A stretch of 64,000 nucleotides of DNA from Mobula birostris (taxonomy: Eukaryota). The DNA is taken from positions 25,001,649 through 25,065,648 of the forward strand of contig NC_092398.1 in the NCBI RefSeq assembly GCF_030028105.1, read 5' to 3'. The notes below the pieces were generated by a model that saw only the letters and a program-made list of their open reading frames with translations, was not told the origin of the DNA and did no database searches. Positions 50,801-62,826 of this stretch are shown here, piece by piece; the first letter of the stretch is position 1, and every line of letters begins with the position of its first letter. A program made the position numbers and the translations under genes.

Positions 50801-51542
50801 CGCTCCGGTGTCGACCAAAACTCGGCGTCCCGACTGCTTGTCCCAGACGTACAGGAGGCTGTCCTGATGGCCAGCCGCCGTAGCGATCGGCGGCGGCTGG
50901 GCCTTGGCGTTTCCCGGGAATTTGCAGGGTGGTCTACAGCGGCGGGCCTCTGTGCCCCACCACTGGTGGTAGAAGCACCGTTGTTCATTGGGCTCTGCTG
51001 CCGGGCCTGGTCTGGTCTGCCATTGGGCACGCGGCTCGGTGATCTGTGCGACGGATGCCCCTCTCTCCTTCTTGGCATTCCACAGCACATCTGCTCAGGC
51101 CGCCACCTCCCGGGGGTCGCAGCAGGCGTATGTCCTCGGGCAGTTGCTCTAGGAACGCCTGCTCAAACATGAGGCAGAGTTTGTGTCCTTCAGCCAGGGC
51201 CAGCATTTCGTTCATTAATGCAGATGGCGGCCTGTCTCCCAAACCTTCGAGGTGCATTAAGCAGGCAGCTCGTTCGCGCCCTGAGAGTCCAAAAGTCCTT
51301 ATGAGCAGGGCTTTGAATGCTGTGCATTTGCCGTTCTCCGGAGGCGACTGTATAAACTCCTCAACTTGTGCAGCAGTCTCTTGGTCGAGAGAGCTCAGCA
51401 CGTAGTAGTAACGAGTGGACTCCGAGGTTATCTGCCGAATGCGGAATTGTGCTTCTGCCTGTTCCAACCAATGACGGGGTTTCCGCGGCCAAAAGCCCGG
51501 CAATTGTAACAAAACTGCGTGAAAAAATGCAGCGTCGGTCAT
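47850..51542 (-). pseudogene. Gypsy gag-pol (gag, protease, RT, RNase H, integrase) with several frameshifts and at least one stop
   Basis: ORF pieces 50985-51602, 49592-51088, 49003-49686, 48752-49150, 48266-48712 and 47640-48818 tile the domains in different frames. The gag ATG is at 51542 (MTDAA..LPGFWP). Confidence 0.9.
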
Positions 51543-51566
51543 CTCTGACCCAAATATCGTTTGGGC

Positions 51567-51580
51567 CGTCGGGGTCACCA
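51567..51580 (-). promoter_or_regulatory. Primer-binding site complementary to the tRNA-Trp 3' end
   Basis: Minus-strand TGGTGACCCCGACG lies 2 nt from the LTR end and matches the 3' end of tRNA-Trp(CCA), ...CGUCGGGGUCACCA. Confidence 0.88.
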
Positions 51581-51582
51581 AA

Positions 51583-51869
51583 TGTAGCGGTGTGCTACAC
51601 ACAGCGCTAGGATAACCACACGGAGTCGGTGAGTTAGAGTTGCGATGAAAGAGATTTATTCAAACTTCGCGGCCTGCTTTTAAAGCCTTCCCATTCCCGC
51701 CCTCCCTGGGGCGGGATTGCTGTGGGGAATGCATATTCCCAGACCCTTTCTGCGCGCGGGATTTTCCCCCTGCTGGTGAAGATGGCCTGGCGCCCTTTCT
51801 GGTGCCGGCCCTCCGCCTTCGCGCGCTGTTGTGAGCCGGTTCGTGTGCACTAGAAAGTGGGTCGCCACA
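51583..51869 (-). repeat. 5' LTR (287 bp)
   Basis: Direct repeat of 47543-47829, adjacent to the PBS on the minus strand. Confidence 0.95.
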
Positions 51870-52075
51870 TTACCATACAGTGCATCCCTCAGCACCATTA
51901 CTGAATCATTCAGCCCCGCCGTAGCACCAGCAAGAAAAAATCTCTGGTGCCGTCATTGACGAGGAGCATTTTTTGGGTCTGGGCCTGTACTCACTGGAGT
52001 TTTGAAGAATGAAGGGGGATCCTATGAAATATTGGAAGTCTTAGATAGAGTGGATAAGGAGAGAATGTTTCCTAT

Positions 52076-53226
52076 ACCTGGGCCTTAGCACTCATTCTGC
52101 AGCTGGATCTTCAACTTCCTCACAGACAGAACCCAGGCTGTAAAAATAGAGGACAAGCTCTCCTCTACAATCACTCTGAGCACCGGTGCCCCACAAGGCT
52201 GTGTACTCAGCACCCTGCTATACTCACTCTACACCCATGATTGTGTAGCCAAGTTTCCATCAAACTCAATAGATAAGTTTGCTGATGACACAACAATTGT
52301 AGGCCGTATCTCGGGTAATGATGAGTTTGAATACAGAGAGGAAATTAAGAACCTGGTGGCATGGTGCGAAGACAATAACCTATCCCTCAACGGCAGCAAG
52401 ACGAAAGAATTAGTTGTTGAATTCGGAAGGAGTAGCGGACTGCACGACCCAATTTACATCGGTGGTGCGCAAGTGGAACAGGTCAAAAGCTTTAAGTTCT
52501 TCGAGATCAATATCACAAATAACCTGACTTGGTCCAACCAAGCAGAGTCCACTGCCAAGAAGGCCCACCAGCGCTTTACTTCCTGAGAAAACTAAAGAAA
52601 TTTGGCCTGTCTCCTAAAACCCTCACTAATTTTTATAGATGCACCGTAGAAAGCATTGTTCTAGGGTGCATCACAACCTGGTATGGAAGTTGTCCTGTCC
52701 AAGACCAAAAGAAGCTGCAGAAGATCGTGAACACACCGCAGCGCATCACACAAACCAATCTTTCATCCTTGGACTCACTTTACACCGCACGCTGTCTGAG
52801 CAGTTCTGCCGGGATAATCAAGGACATGACCCACCCAGCCAATACACTTTTTTCGTCCCTGTTCCCTCCGGGAGAAGATTCAGGAGCTTGAAGACTCATA
52901 CGGCTAGATTTGGGAACAGCTTCCTTCCAACTGTGATAAGACTGCTGAACGGATCCTGACCCGGATCTGGGCCGTACCCTCCAAATATCCGGACCTGCCT
53001 CTCGGTTTTTTTGCACTACCTTACTTCCCATTTTTCTATTTTCTATTTATGATTTATAATTTAAATTTTTAATATTTACTCATTTTAACTATTTTTAATA
53101 TTTTAAATATTTAATATTTGTGATCCAGGGAGTGTGAAGCGCAGAATCAAATATCGCTGTGATGGTTTTACGTTCTAGTACCTATTGTTTGGCGACAATA
53201 AAGTATAAAGTATAAGTATAAGTATA
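52076..53226 (+). mobile_element. Unit-2 copy of the Rex1/Babar LINE
   Basis: Same insertion point and tail; more diverged than the first halves of the units. Confidence 0.85.
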
Positions 53227-53951
53227 GGAGGGGAGTCCAGGACAAGAGAGCACTGCCTTATAATAGAAAGGTGTCCATTTAAAACAGAGATGAGGAGGAA
53301 TTTCTTTAGCCGCAGGGTGGTGAATCTGCAGAATTTGTTGAGTTCTGTTCATTCGGGCTCTGTAATTATTTAAGACGCATGCGCACTCTCCCAGTTATGC
53401 GCGTGCACGCGGAAGGAAAAAGAGGAACTGTGGGATGTAAAGGTGGCGGCCCTTGGGTATTGAACGGAGACATTCAAAGTAAAGTGGTTTAAACAAAAGG
53501 AAAATGTGTCTTTGCTGTTTGGCCGTTATCAGTGGTAGCGGAGGACGGTTACGATCTATCGACCTCTGGGATATGGGCCCTGCGCAATATTGAGTATGTT
53601 TGAAGCAGAGGTCGATAGGTTCTTGATTGGAAAGAACATCAAAGGTTACGGGGAGAAGTCAGGAGACTGGGGTTGAGAGAGACAATGAATCTGTCACGAT
53701 GGAATCCCAGAGTAGACTTGATGAGCCAAATGGCCCAATTCTGCTCTTAGGGCTTATGGTTTTATGGTATCTAAGCTGTCTGACTTGATTCTCACAATTG
53801 ACAGCAGAGAGGATGAGAGAAGTCTTGAGCAGTTGGGACTTGCTTCTGGACAGAAACGGGCCACGATGGATTTTCTGTCAAGTTGACATCAGTGAGAATA
53901 CGGTGGTGTTGACGGGGTCAGGCGACATTTCTCCAACTTGCCCGTTCTTAC

Positions 53952-54194
53952 CTAGAGGTATCATGAGCTTCCCACTCACAGCCTCGTGTTCCATCTGACA
54001 CTCCTAACTTGAAAGGTTCCATTGCTTTGAGGGACAACGTTGGTCGTGTCTGATCCATTGTCAGCGACTTTTCCGTTTCTGACCCAATGCACTTTAATGT
54101 CCCGGGGAAGAAGTTCTTGGCCGTGCACACCGGATATATTTAGCCCCGTTTCTTCTGAGTCAAGGCTCTGGTACGGGTAGGAGCTGTGAAGGAA
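53952..54194 (-). pseudogene. Second, further decayed C1-set exon
   Basis: Shares the TAA and both frameshifts with copy 1 and keeps the canonical Trp (HWVRNG). The acceptor is mutated AG>AA (54195). A 37-nt deletion between gaca microhomologies removes the second Cys. Confidence 0.78.
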
Positions 54195-55959
54195 TTGGAG
54201 AACAGTGTATGGGTTCAAAGTAGCTCAGCTCTCTTGTGACTGGACGGTATGGACAGAACTTCACCCTGTGTCTGACCCCGCGAGTATGTGATAGCACAGT
54301 GCAGAGGGGGCTTCACTCTGTGTCTGACCCCAGGAGTGGTAGATTGTGAGATCAAGAGTCCATTTTATCATACGACAGAACCACTTAATACTTTTATAAC
54401 AGCGGGGAGAAGCTGTCCTTAAGCCTGGTGGGGTGTCCTTTCATGCTTTTGTATCTTCTGCCCGATGGGAGAGGGGAGAAGTGAGAATCTCCGGGGGTGG
54501 GTGTGATTTCTCATCATTCTGGCTGCTGTACTCAGGCAGCGAGATGTCTATTGAGGGGAAGCTGCTTTCCGTGATGTGCTGAGATGTGTCCATGGCTCTC
54601 CGCTGTCTCTTGTGGTCACGGGCAGAGCAGTTGCCACAGTGAGCGCCAATGGATCTGGAGAGCGAGCAGAGGACACGTTCTGACCGGCTGATCCGCTATA
54701 CTGCCGGGTACTCTGCACCTCTGGCACGTACCACTGAACGGACCGATCGTGGGCGACACCTCACACATATACAGACAAGCAAATATTAAACTCCACCCTT
54801 CAAAGCCGCCAAGATCTTATATAAGACAATAGGATATAGGACCAGAATCCAACCATTCAGTCGATCGAGTCTGCTCTGCTGTTCCACAATGGCTGATTTA
54901 TTATCCCTCTCAACCTCACTCTGCAGATTTCTCCAAACTTTGTCTTTGCTAATCAAGAGCCGATCAACCTCCACTTTAAATCTCCCCAATGACTAGGCCT
55001 CCACAGCGTTTGTGGCAATGAATTCCACACTTTCACCACTCACTGGCTAAAGAAATTCCTCCTCACCTCTATTCTAAAAGGATGTCCCTCTATTTTGAGG
55101 CTGTGCCCTCTGGTCCTAGTCTCCCCCGTTATAGGAAACGTCCTCTCCACATCCACTCTATCCAGGCCTTTCAATATTTGACAGATTTCACTGAGATCCC
55201 TCCTCATTAATTAAAATCCAGCGAGCTTGAGCCCAGACTATTAAACACTCCTGTGTTAGTGCCTGTGTTGTGAGTAAGAACTGAGCACTCCCCGACTTTC
55301 CCTTTGGCTAGAAGTGTTTAGTTCTATGTCAATGATAGGTTAATTGGGTGAGCAGGAAATTGACAGATGGAGAATAATGGTGGGAAAGTACGTGGTTATC
55401 CATGTCACAGTGAAGAATGGGAAAGTACATTTTTGCAAGATGCCCCAGTACAAGGGACTATTATATGCAACTTGAAAAGTTAGTGTGCAGATACAGTAAG
55501 TAATTACAAAATCTCCCTCACCCCCGGCCCCCACACTTCCCTGGAGAACCACGTCCTGACTAGCAGCATCAACTGGTCCGGGAACTGCACTACCGCAGGT
55601 CACAAGACCCGACATCATGTAGTGAGGGCTGCTGAAGAAATCATCGAGGTCTCCAGTGTGCATTTAATATTTCAATAATATTGGAGTAATCTTGTATATA
55701 TATATATAGTTTGATTAAGTATTCTTGTTCATTTAATTAATTAATTTTTGGTTATATGTTTCTATGTGCAAACGAATCTCAAGATTCTATAATTCATACG
55801 TTCTTTGACAATAAATGCATTTAGAAACTTGAAATGTAGAAGCACGTGAATTATATACGTCATTAAGCGATCACATGATACATGCGGGCCTCGCTTAAAG
55901 TTAGACCCACATCCTTTTGAATTAGTTTAATTAGTTGAGATACAAAGTATAACATCTCA

Positions 55960-56165
55960 GTCTCCCTCTCTTCCTCCCCTACCCTCTCCTCCTCCTCCCC
56001 CTCCCCTCCCCTCTCCCTCCCCTTGCTCTCTCTGTCTACCCGCTCTCCCTTTCCACCACCCTGCTCTCTACCCTCTCTCTCACTCTCTCTCTCTCCACCC
56101 CCCTTCTCTCTTTCTCTCTCCTCCGTCTCTCCTTCTCTCTTTCCCTCTCTCTCTCCCCCCAATCC
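55960..56165. repeat. Polypyrimidine (CT/CCT) low-complexity tract
   Basis: About 200 nt of almost pure C/T. Confidence 0.85.
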
Positions 56166-56579
56166 CCCAACCCCATTCCGGACATATGTCAGAGGTCCTG
56201 CATAACAGTGCTTTCAGCTTTGTCAAAGACCTCTCCCATCCTTCCCGCAATCCCGTTGATCTCCTGCCGTCAGGGAGAATGTACCACTGCAGGAGGACCA
56301 GGACTGACAGGTTGAGTTATAGCTTCTTTCCCCGTGCTGTTAGACTTGTAACACCCTGCTGACACGCAGCATACAGGTACACCCTGTGTGAATCTCCTGG
56401 TCACTTTTCACCTTTAATTACTGGTATTTCACGTACTGATACGACTACTTGTTTCATTATAATACAGCCAGTAACATTACGCTGTCTTCGGTAACGATGC
56501 AGCTCACACCTCATGGCAATCTGTCAGTGTTCAGGACAGGCCACTCGGACCTGTGCTAATATCATTTTCTGACTGTACG

Positions 56580-57125
56580 TTCAGGCCTATGTCAGTCCCA
56601 GCTGTCTAGATACACAAGCCAGGGCAGTACGATCTGGAGAGCAAGTTGCTGCCCATGTGACAAGCTCCCCCTCTCCTCGCATCTGATGAACCCAAAGGAA
56701 CGGCAGAGACCGATACAGTTTGGTACCAGCAGTGTCGCAGGAGTTGCCAGTCAGTGTTGACCTCAATGCCTGAGGGACTCCAGCTCCGGATTTTTCCCTC
56801 GGGATTTACTCCCTAAGACTTCCCCGTGAGTGGGTACGGCCGCAAGGCAGCGAAGGTTTGAGGTCAGACTTTTCCTTTCTCTGAGATGAGATGCCAACCA
56901 CAGCTGGTGAGTTCCATATGCCCAGAGCAATTGGGACTAAGGAATCAGTAATCTGCCTTTGCTCTTTCTCCTGTCAGTAGAAACATTTCCGCCGGGCTTC
57001 GTAGCTAAACCACTCATGAAGGTCAGGAGCTGGACTTGGTTGTCAGAGGCTATTTGAGGTGCACACCATCGGGAGCATCTAATAGCTAGTGGGAGCTTGT
57101 CCACATCACCACACTCGGCTATACC
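56580..57125. repeat. Unclassified interspersed repeat; related copies at ~23425-23860 and ~59230-59770
   Basis: Shared blocks such as aaaggaacggcagagaccgatacagtttgg and gtcagaggctattt occur at three places. Confidence 0.6.
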
Positions 57126-58249
57126 AATCTTAAGTGACTATATGTGTTTTCCATCTTGGTCCCAGAGGAACGATCTTTCATTTAGCTGTATATAGGTGTA
57201 TGGTTGAATGACAGTAAATTTGAACTAGATCAAATAGAACGATGGCCTATATTGTGAGGGACTTGGCATATGGAAGCACAGATGAATGTTTATAAGGATG
57301 TTGGTAAGACCATGCCTGGTGTACTGTGTACAGTTCTGATCTTGGTCCTTAATGCAGAATACGTTTGCAGGGTAAGTTCTGGAGATGAAGAGATTGATAT
57401 ATAAGGGAAGGTATGAACGGGTCGGGTCTACACTTGAGAGAGAGAGAGAGAGAGAGACATCAAGGTTGTGCATACTGTCATCTGTGTAGGTGCAATGAAA
57501 GCCATAGGACATATAACACAGCACAGGCCATTTGGCCCAGAACCTTTTAATCTCCTCCAAGATCAAACTAACCCTCCCTTCCTTCATAGCCCTCTATTTT
57601 TTCTATCATCCATGTGCCTATCTGAGTCTCTTAAATGCGCCTAATGTATCTGCCTCTACCACCCCTGGCAGGGCGTTTTGTGCACGCACCACTCTGTGTA
57701 AAGAACTTGCCTCTGAAGATCCCCTCTCCTTTCCTCCAATCAGCTTAAAATTATGCCTATCTTAGTCAGTTCTGCTCTGGGAAAAAGTCTCTGCCTGTCC
57801 ACTCGATCTATGCCTCTCATCCTCGTTCACTCTGAAGAGGAAATCCCCAGCTCGCTTGACTTATCCTCATTACACATGTCTCCTAGTCCAGGTAGTATCC
57901 TGCTGAATCTCCTCTGCACCCTCTCCTTCCATATCCTTCCTATAATGAGGTGACCAAAGCTGAATACACCTCGAAGAGGACCACCATCTTGCAGTACGGT
58001 TTAGAGCTGGAGAGCTATGTTGGCTGGAGTCTGGGCTTTACGCTTTGGCTCTTGGTAGGGTCAGCCGTGCCATACAGCTCAGAGGATAGAGGCCAGATTC
58101 AGAGTGGTCCACCAGTCCTCCAGGTTCAGGGGGTTCAGCTCAGGGCCAATAAACCTGAATGATCAAACAAAATTGTTATGCAAACAGCAACGAAGAATCC
58201 TTCTACATCTGAGTGTGACAGTATTCCTGAGGATTTGCATGACTGACAG

Positions 58250-58415
58250 CAGTGAAAACTGTGTCAAATCAAATCATCAACAAGTGGGCTGGGCACTGCC
58301 CGTAAACGTCACCACACTTCCGGTGCCAACATAACGTGAGCATGCCTCACTAACCCTAACCTGTACGTCATTGGAATGTGGGAGGAATCTGGAGCACCCA
58401 GAGGAAACATCACCC
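58250..58415 (-). mobile_element. V-SINE fragment
   Basis: Minus strand tttcctctgggtgctccagattcctcccacattccaatgacgtac, the V-SINE core. Confidence 0.6.
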
Positions 58416-58419
58416 AGAG

Positions 58420-59010
58420 GTGATATTGAGGCTCTATAAGGCACTTGTGTGACCACACTTGGAGTATTGCGTGCAGTTTTGGGCTCCTTATCATAGAAAG
58501 GGTATACTGACATTGGAGAGGGTTCAGAGAGGATTCACGAGAATGATTGCAGGAATGAAAGGGTTACTGTATGAGGAACGTCTGGCAGCTCTTGGGCTGT
58601 ATTCCCTGGAGTTCAGCAGAATGAGGGGGGATCTCACAGAAACATTCCAAATGTTAAAAGGCCTGAACAGATTAGATATGGCAAAATTATTTCTCATGGT
58701 AGGGGATTCCAGGACAAGAGGGGACAACTTCAGGATTGACGGACGTCCATTTAGAACTGAGATGTGGAGAAATTACTTTAGTCAGAGGGTGGTAAATCTG
58801 TGGAATTTGTTGCCATGAGCAGCTGTGGAGGCCAAGTCATTGGGTTCATTTAGGGCAGCGATAGATCGGTTCCTGATTAGCCAGGGCATCAAAGGGTATG
58901 GGGAGAAGGCAGGGAAGTGGAGATGACTGGTAGAATTGCATCAGCCCATGATAGAATGGTGGAGCAGACTCGATGTGCTGACTGGCCTACTTCTGTTCCT
59001 ATATCTTATG
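58420..59010 (+). mobile_element. CR1 3' fragment; only its tail survives in unit 1
   Basis: ORF 58459-58818 EYCVQFWAP..LERVQRGFTRMI..MRGDLTETF. Confidence 0.8.
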
Positions 59011-62000
59011 GTTTTACGGTCACGGGGAGAACATTCGAAGTCAGACATCAAACATCCAGACATAAGTGGGAATCAAACCCCGATCAATAATCACTGGCAC
59101 TATAATTCTGCTATCTGCTACGATATCGTGCAGTTCCTGATTATGTTAATTAGACAGTTTAGATTAACTTTTGTTTGTAATGTACACTTCTGCTGCTGAA
59201 AAAATTGATTTTGATGGTATTTATACTGATTGAGGCCCTCTGTTGGTCCAGGTTGACCACGGTGTCCTAACTGTCTACATGATACGCAAGATGGTACACA
59301 ACTCAGAGCAGTACGATACGGTGAGCAAGCCGTTGCTGACACAACAGGCTCCCCCCTCTCCATGCTGCTGATAAAGCCAAAGGAATGCCAGAGACCGATA
59401 CAGTTTGGCACCAGTGGCATCGCAGGAGTTGCTAGTCAGTGTTGAACTCAACATTCGACTGCCTTATCCGGCTCTGGATTTTTCCCTCGGGGTTTACTCC
59501 CAAAGCCTTCCCCATGGAAGGCAGCGGAGGTTTGAGATCAGACTTTTCCTTCTCTTCGATGGAATGCTGACCACAGCTGATGAGCTCCATCTGCCTGAAG
59601 CGGTTGGTTTTAAGGGACCAATAACCCACCTTTGCCCTTTCCCCTGTGCTGGGCTTAATAGCTAAGCCACATGTGAAGTTCCAGGAGCTGGACTTGGACG
59701 TCAGAGGCTATTTCAGCTCTACACCATTGGGAGCCTATTCCCACTACCTTCCCGGGCTTTAACAACCTTAAGGAACTGGTATTTATAAGCTGTGCATGTT
59801 CCCATGACAATAAACTTGAACAAGACAGAATGAACAGCAGAGGGGGCTATAGGGCAATGCTTACTCCAGACATCTGTCAGGAATGGCAGATGAAGTTCAA
59901 TTCAGATAAATGCAAGGTATTCCATTTTCATGGATCAAACCAGGACAGGGCATACACAGTGAACAGGCAAGTCCTGGTGAGTGTTGTAGACATTGTTCCC
60001 TCTCACCTGTATGGGTGTGCGACCATGCAGTAACTGAAATGCTCCCATGCACATAGCCATTGGTACTGCGCAGCTGAAATTCTCTTTTATATAATGTTAA
60101 TATAATTTTGAAATATTGGCACCAGTTTGAAATGATGCCAATGTGATTTTGGAATCTATGTTAATATAATTGAGAAATACCTTGTAATTAACTATGTTAA
60201 TGAATAGAGTATATTAATTTTCTAAATAATAAACATACCACAAACTTTACTTTGAAACGTTTTAGAGTTTCAATGCATTTACATTGTCAATGTTACAAGT
60301 TACAGCACTGTTACAAATTGTAACAACAAACACAGAATGGAAGTCGGTAGCTCATTGTTAATAAACTGCCAGCCTGCTGAATGTTGATGCTGTAATATTC
60401 GTATTAAAAACACATTTAAAGTACCAGGCAGTTTTCAGAGCAATGGTCAGTTCACACGGTGGTAAAAAGAATCAGAGGGAAGGTCAGTTGTAGAACAGAG
60501 AGACCAGGGTGTGTTGGTACATAAAACCTTAATGTGGCGACACAGACAGGGAGGTGAAGAAGGTGTTTGTACACTTGCCGTCATCGGAAGGGCACTGAAT
60601 ACAGGAGTTAGGATGTCATGTTGCAGCTGTACAAAGGCTTCAAAGACAAAGTAACAAAATACGTCTACTGTCGTGGGCTGGGTTGATCAGACCGAAACTA
60701 ATCGAGTGTCCAGGAAATGTAAGAAGTAAACAAGCCTGACAAAGGAACTTAAGTCCAATTTATTATCAGAAAAATAGAAAGGCACAGAAAATACTCTGTA
60801 CCAAGTCACAAAGATTCCAGGGCTCACAACTCTTAGTCACCAGTTGATTGTTGTTGGGAGAACTGCGAACTCCAATTCGCTTGTGAAACCTCCCTGGGTC
60901 GCAGGCATCGATCATGGTTTCCAGTCTAAAGAATCCAGGGCAAGGTGTTCCAGTAAACAGGAGATCCACAAACGTAGAGAGAGAGACACACAGAGACAGA
61001 CAGATGCCTTGATTTTTTGCCCTCCTGCCATTAACCCAGCCTGGTTTCCTTCATTCATTAACACAGTGTTCAGCATACCTTCCTAATCAGTTAGACATTG
61101 TAATGGTCAGTCCTTATCCATCAGTCCACCAAAGTTTAGGACTTAACGTTCCTTGAAATTACAGACGATTAGTGTATCTTAAATGCCCTGCCTCTTCCCA
61201 TTATAAATGCCCTGCCCTAAATACCCTAATATACCTTTACGTGCCTGAATGCCTCTAAATGCCTAACCGCTCTGCTTTTCCAATCCTCATCATCAGTCTG
61301 ATGAGCCCTGAGCCCAGACTCTCGTTTTGTGGCCACTGTCCACGGCTCCCTGGGTAACTGAGCCATTTCCTCCAGCCAAGATGGCGCCGAGCTTCAGTCT
61401 CTATCGAGGTCGTGGCTCAGACTGAAGTTGATTTTTTTGGGTTCATATCAATGTTTTTGGGGACAGAGAGAGGTTTTACTGGTCAGGTTAGGATTTAGCC
61501 ACAGGAATGTGGGGCAATTAGAGGTCAGGCCAGATCTAAGGCTTCGCGCCACAAGCAAAGGCCAGCGATGACGTGGATGAAGGACTTCCATGGATGGGTG
61601 TCCAGTTGGCAAACATGCTGGACAAAGACCAGCTAGTTCTCCTCCACACCCTGGATCAGTCAGTTCACTGTACAAGCAGTGGGATTGGATGTCCAGATGG
61701 GCAGGAAGGATGAAGGCTGGTGACCCCTTAGCTACTCCAGTTGGCGTGTCTGGAGTTCGAGTCTCATGCCATCGATGAGGCCGAGTTCGAGGACTGAAGT
61801 ATCATCATTGTGCCCTGTGGTCAAGGACTGAAGGTCAATCACAAGTCTGGAAATAGACACCCGATAGCCTCCGACACTGGGTCTCCAACAGACGCAGCCA
61901 GCCGGCCTTTCATGGTTTTGGAGGACGGTCTGTGTGTGCACGCGTGCGTGGCGAGTCAGCAGGTGAGAGGGAGGGAAAAGGCTTCTTTTGCTGTTGTGCT

Positions 62001-62826
62001 GCTGAATGTGGTGGGCAAGCTACGTTGGCATCAGAATATGTGGCAACACTGGCGGGGCTGCACCCAACACAGCCTGTTGGTTGTTTCGATACACACACAC
62101 GACATATAAATCAGTCTGAATCTGGGGCCACGGGACCCACTTCTGGAGCGAGCTGAGCTTAAGATCTCGAAAACCACTCTTGAAGTCTTCGGGAATTGCT
62201 ACGCTGTGGGAGAGGGTAGCGATGGTGTGAAGGCGCAGCTTGGGAGGGGCACTGCCGAGGGTCCTCCACACTGAGGGAGGTGGGGAGTGGTGCCGAGGGG
62301 TTGTGGCACTGTGAGAAGGGCAGGAAAATGTGGCACTGCTGAGCTCTATCAGAATCACCACACTGATACAATCTTCTAGAATAGACACTGCAGGTTCGCA
62401 TCAGCAAGTCACGTCACAGTTGTATAAAACTTTGGATGGGATGCATTTGGTTTAACTGTGTGCAGTTCTGCCCATCCCATTACAGGAAGGATGCAGAGGT
62501 TACAGAGAAAATAGAACACATCACAGCACAGAACAGGCCTTTCAGCCCACAATGGAATTTGGAAGGATCGGAGGAGGAATCTCATTGAAACCTTTCAAAT
62601 GTTGAAAGGTCTGGACAGAGTAGATGTGGGAAGGATGTTTCCCATGGTGGGGGAGTCTAGGACAAGAGGGCACAGCCTCAGGATAGAGGGGCATCCATCT
62701 AAAACAGAGATGTGGAGAAATTTCTTTTGCCAGAGGCTGGTGAATTTGTCGAATCTGTTAGCTGTGGAGGCCAGGTCGTTTGGTGCATTTAAGGAAGAGC
62801 TTGATAGGTTCTCTATTGGACACGGC

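Larger units (their letters stand above)
47543..51869 (-). mobile_element. Full-length Ty3/Gypsy LTR retrotransposon, CsRn1/Kabuki/Boudicca-type, decayed
   Basis: Two 287-bp TG..CA LTRs, TSD ttat/ttac, tRNA-Trp PBS and PPT. gag has a CX2HX9CX3C motif; pol has protease DTGAEIS, RT YLDD, RNase H DAS and integrase HMDIVGP..GPY. Unit 1 has the empty site (catattaccatacag, ~20511-20525). Confidence 0.96.
44097..51958 (+). mobile_element. Orthologous hAT copy in unit 2, interrupted near its 3' end by a Gypsy element
   Basis: Same TSD ACGAGGAG at 44089-44096 and 51959-51966. Transposase remnants at 44601-46912. Confidence 0.92.
27035..62826. repeat. Tandem segmental repeat unit 2; longer by a Gypsy insertion (~4.3 kb) and ~4.5 kb that is absent from unit 1
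   Basis: Colinear with unit 1. Extra segments are 47543-51873, 54321-57075 and 57121-~58872. Confidence 0.93.

Noticed and set aside
54646-54790. Unique minus-strand stretch reading GVAHDRSVQWYVPEV..GQNVS, faintly like the start of an MHC alpha2 or V exon
   Set aside because: No Cys or other diagnostic residues, a poor acceptor, and it is cut by a Rex fragment. Too weak to call.
62020-62388. 122-aa minus-strand ORF (SHSVAIPEDF...) as a candidate MHC alpha1 exon
   Set aside because: It overlaps a V-SINE tail on the opposite strand, and the unit-1 homolog has several stops.
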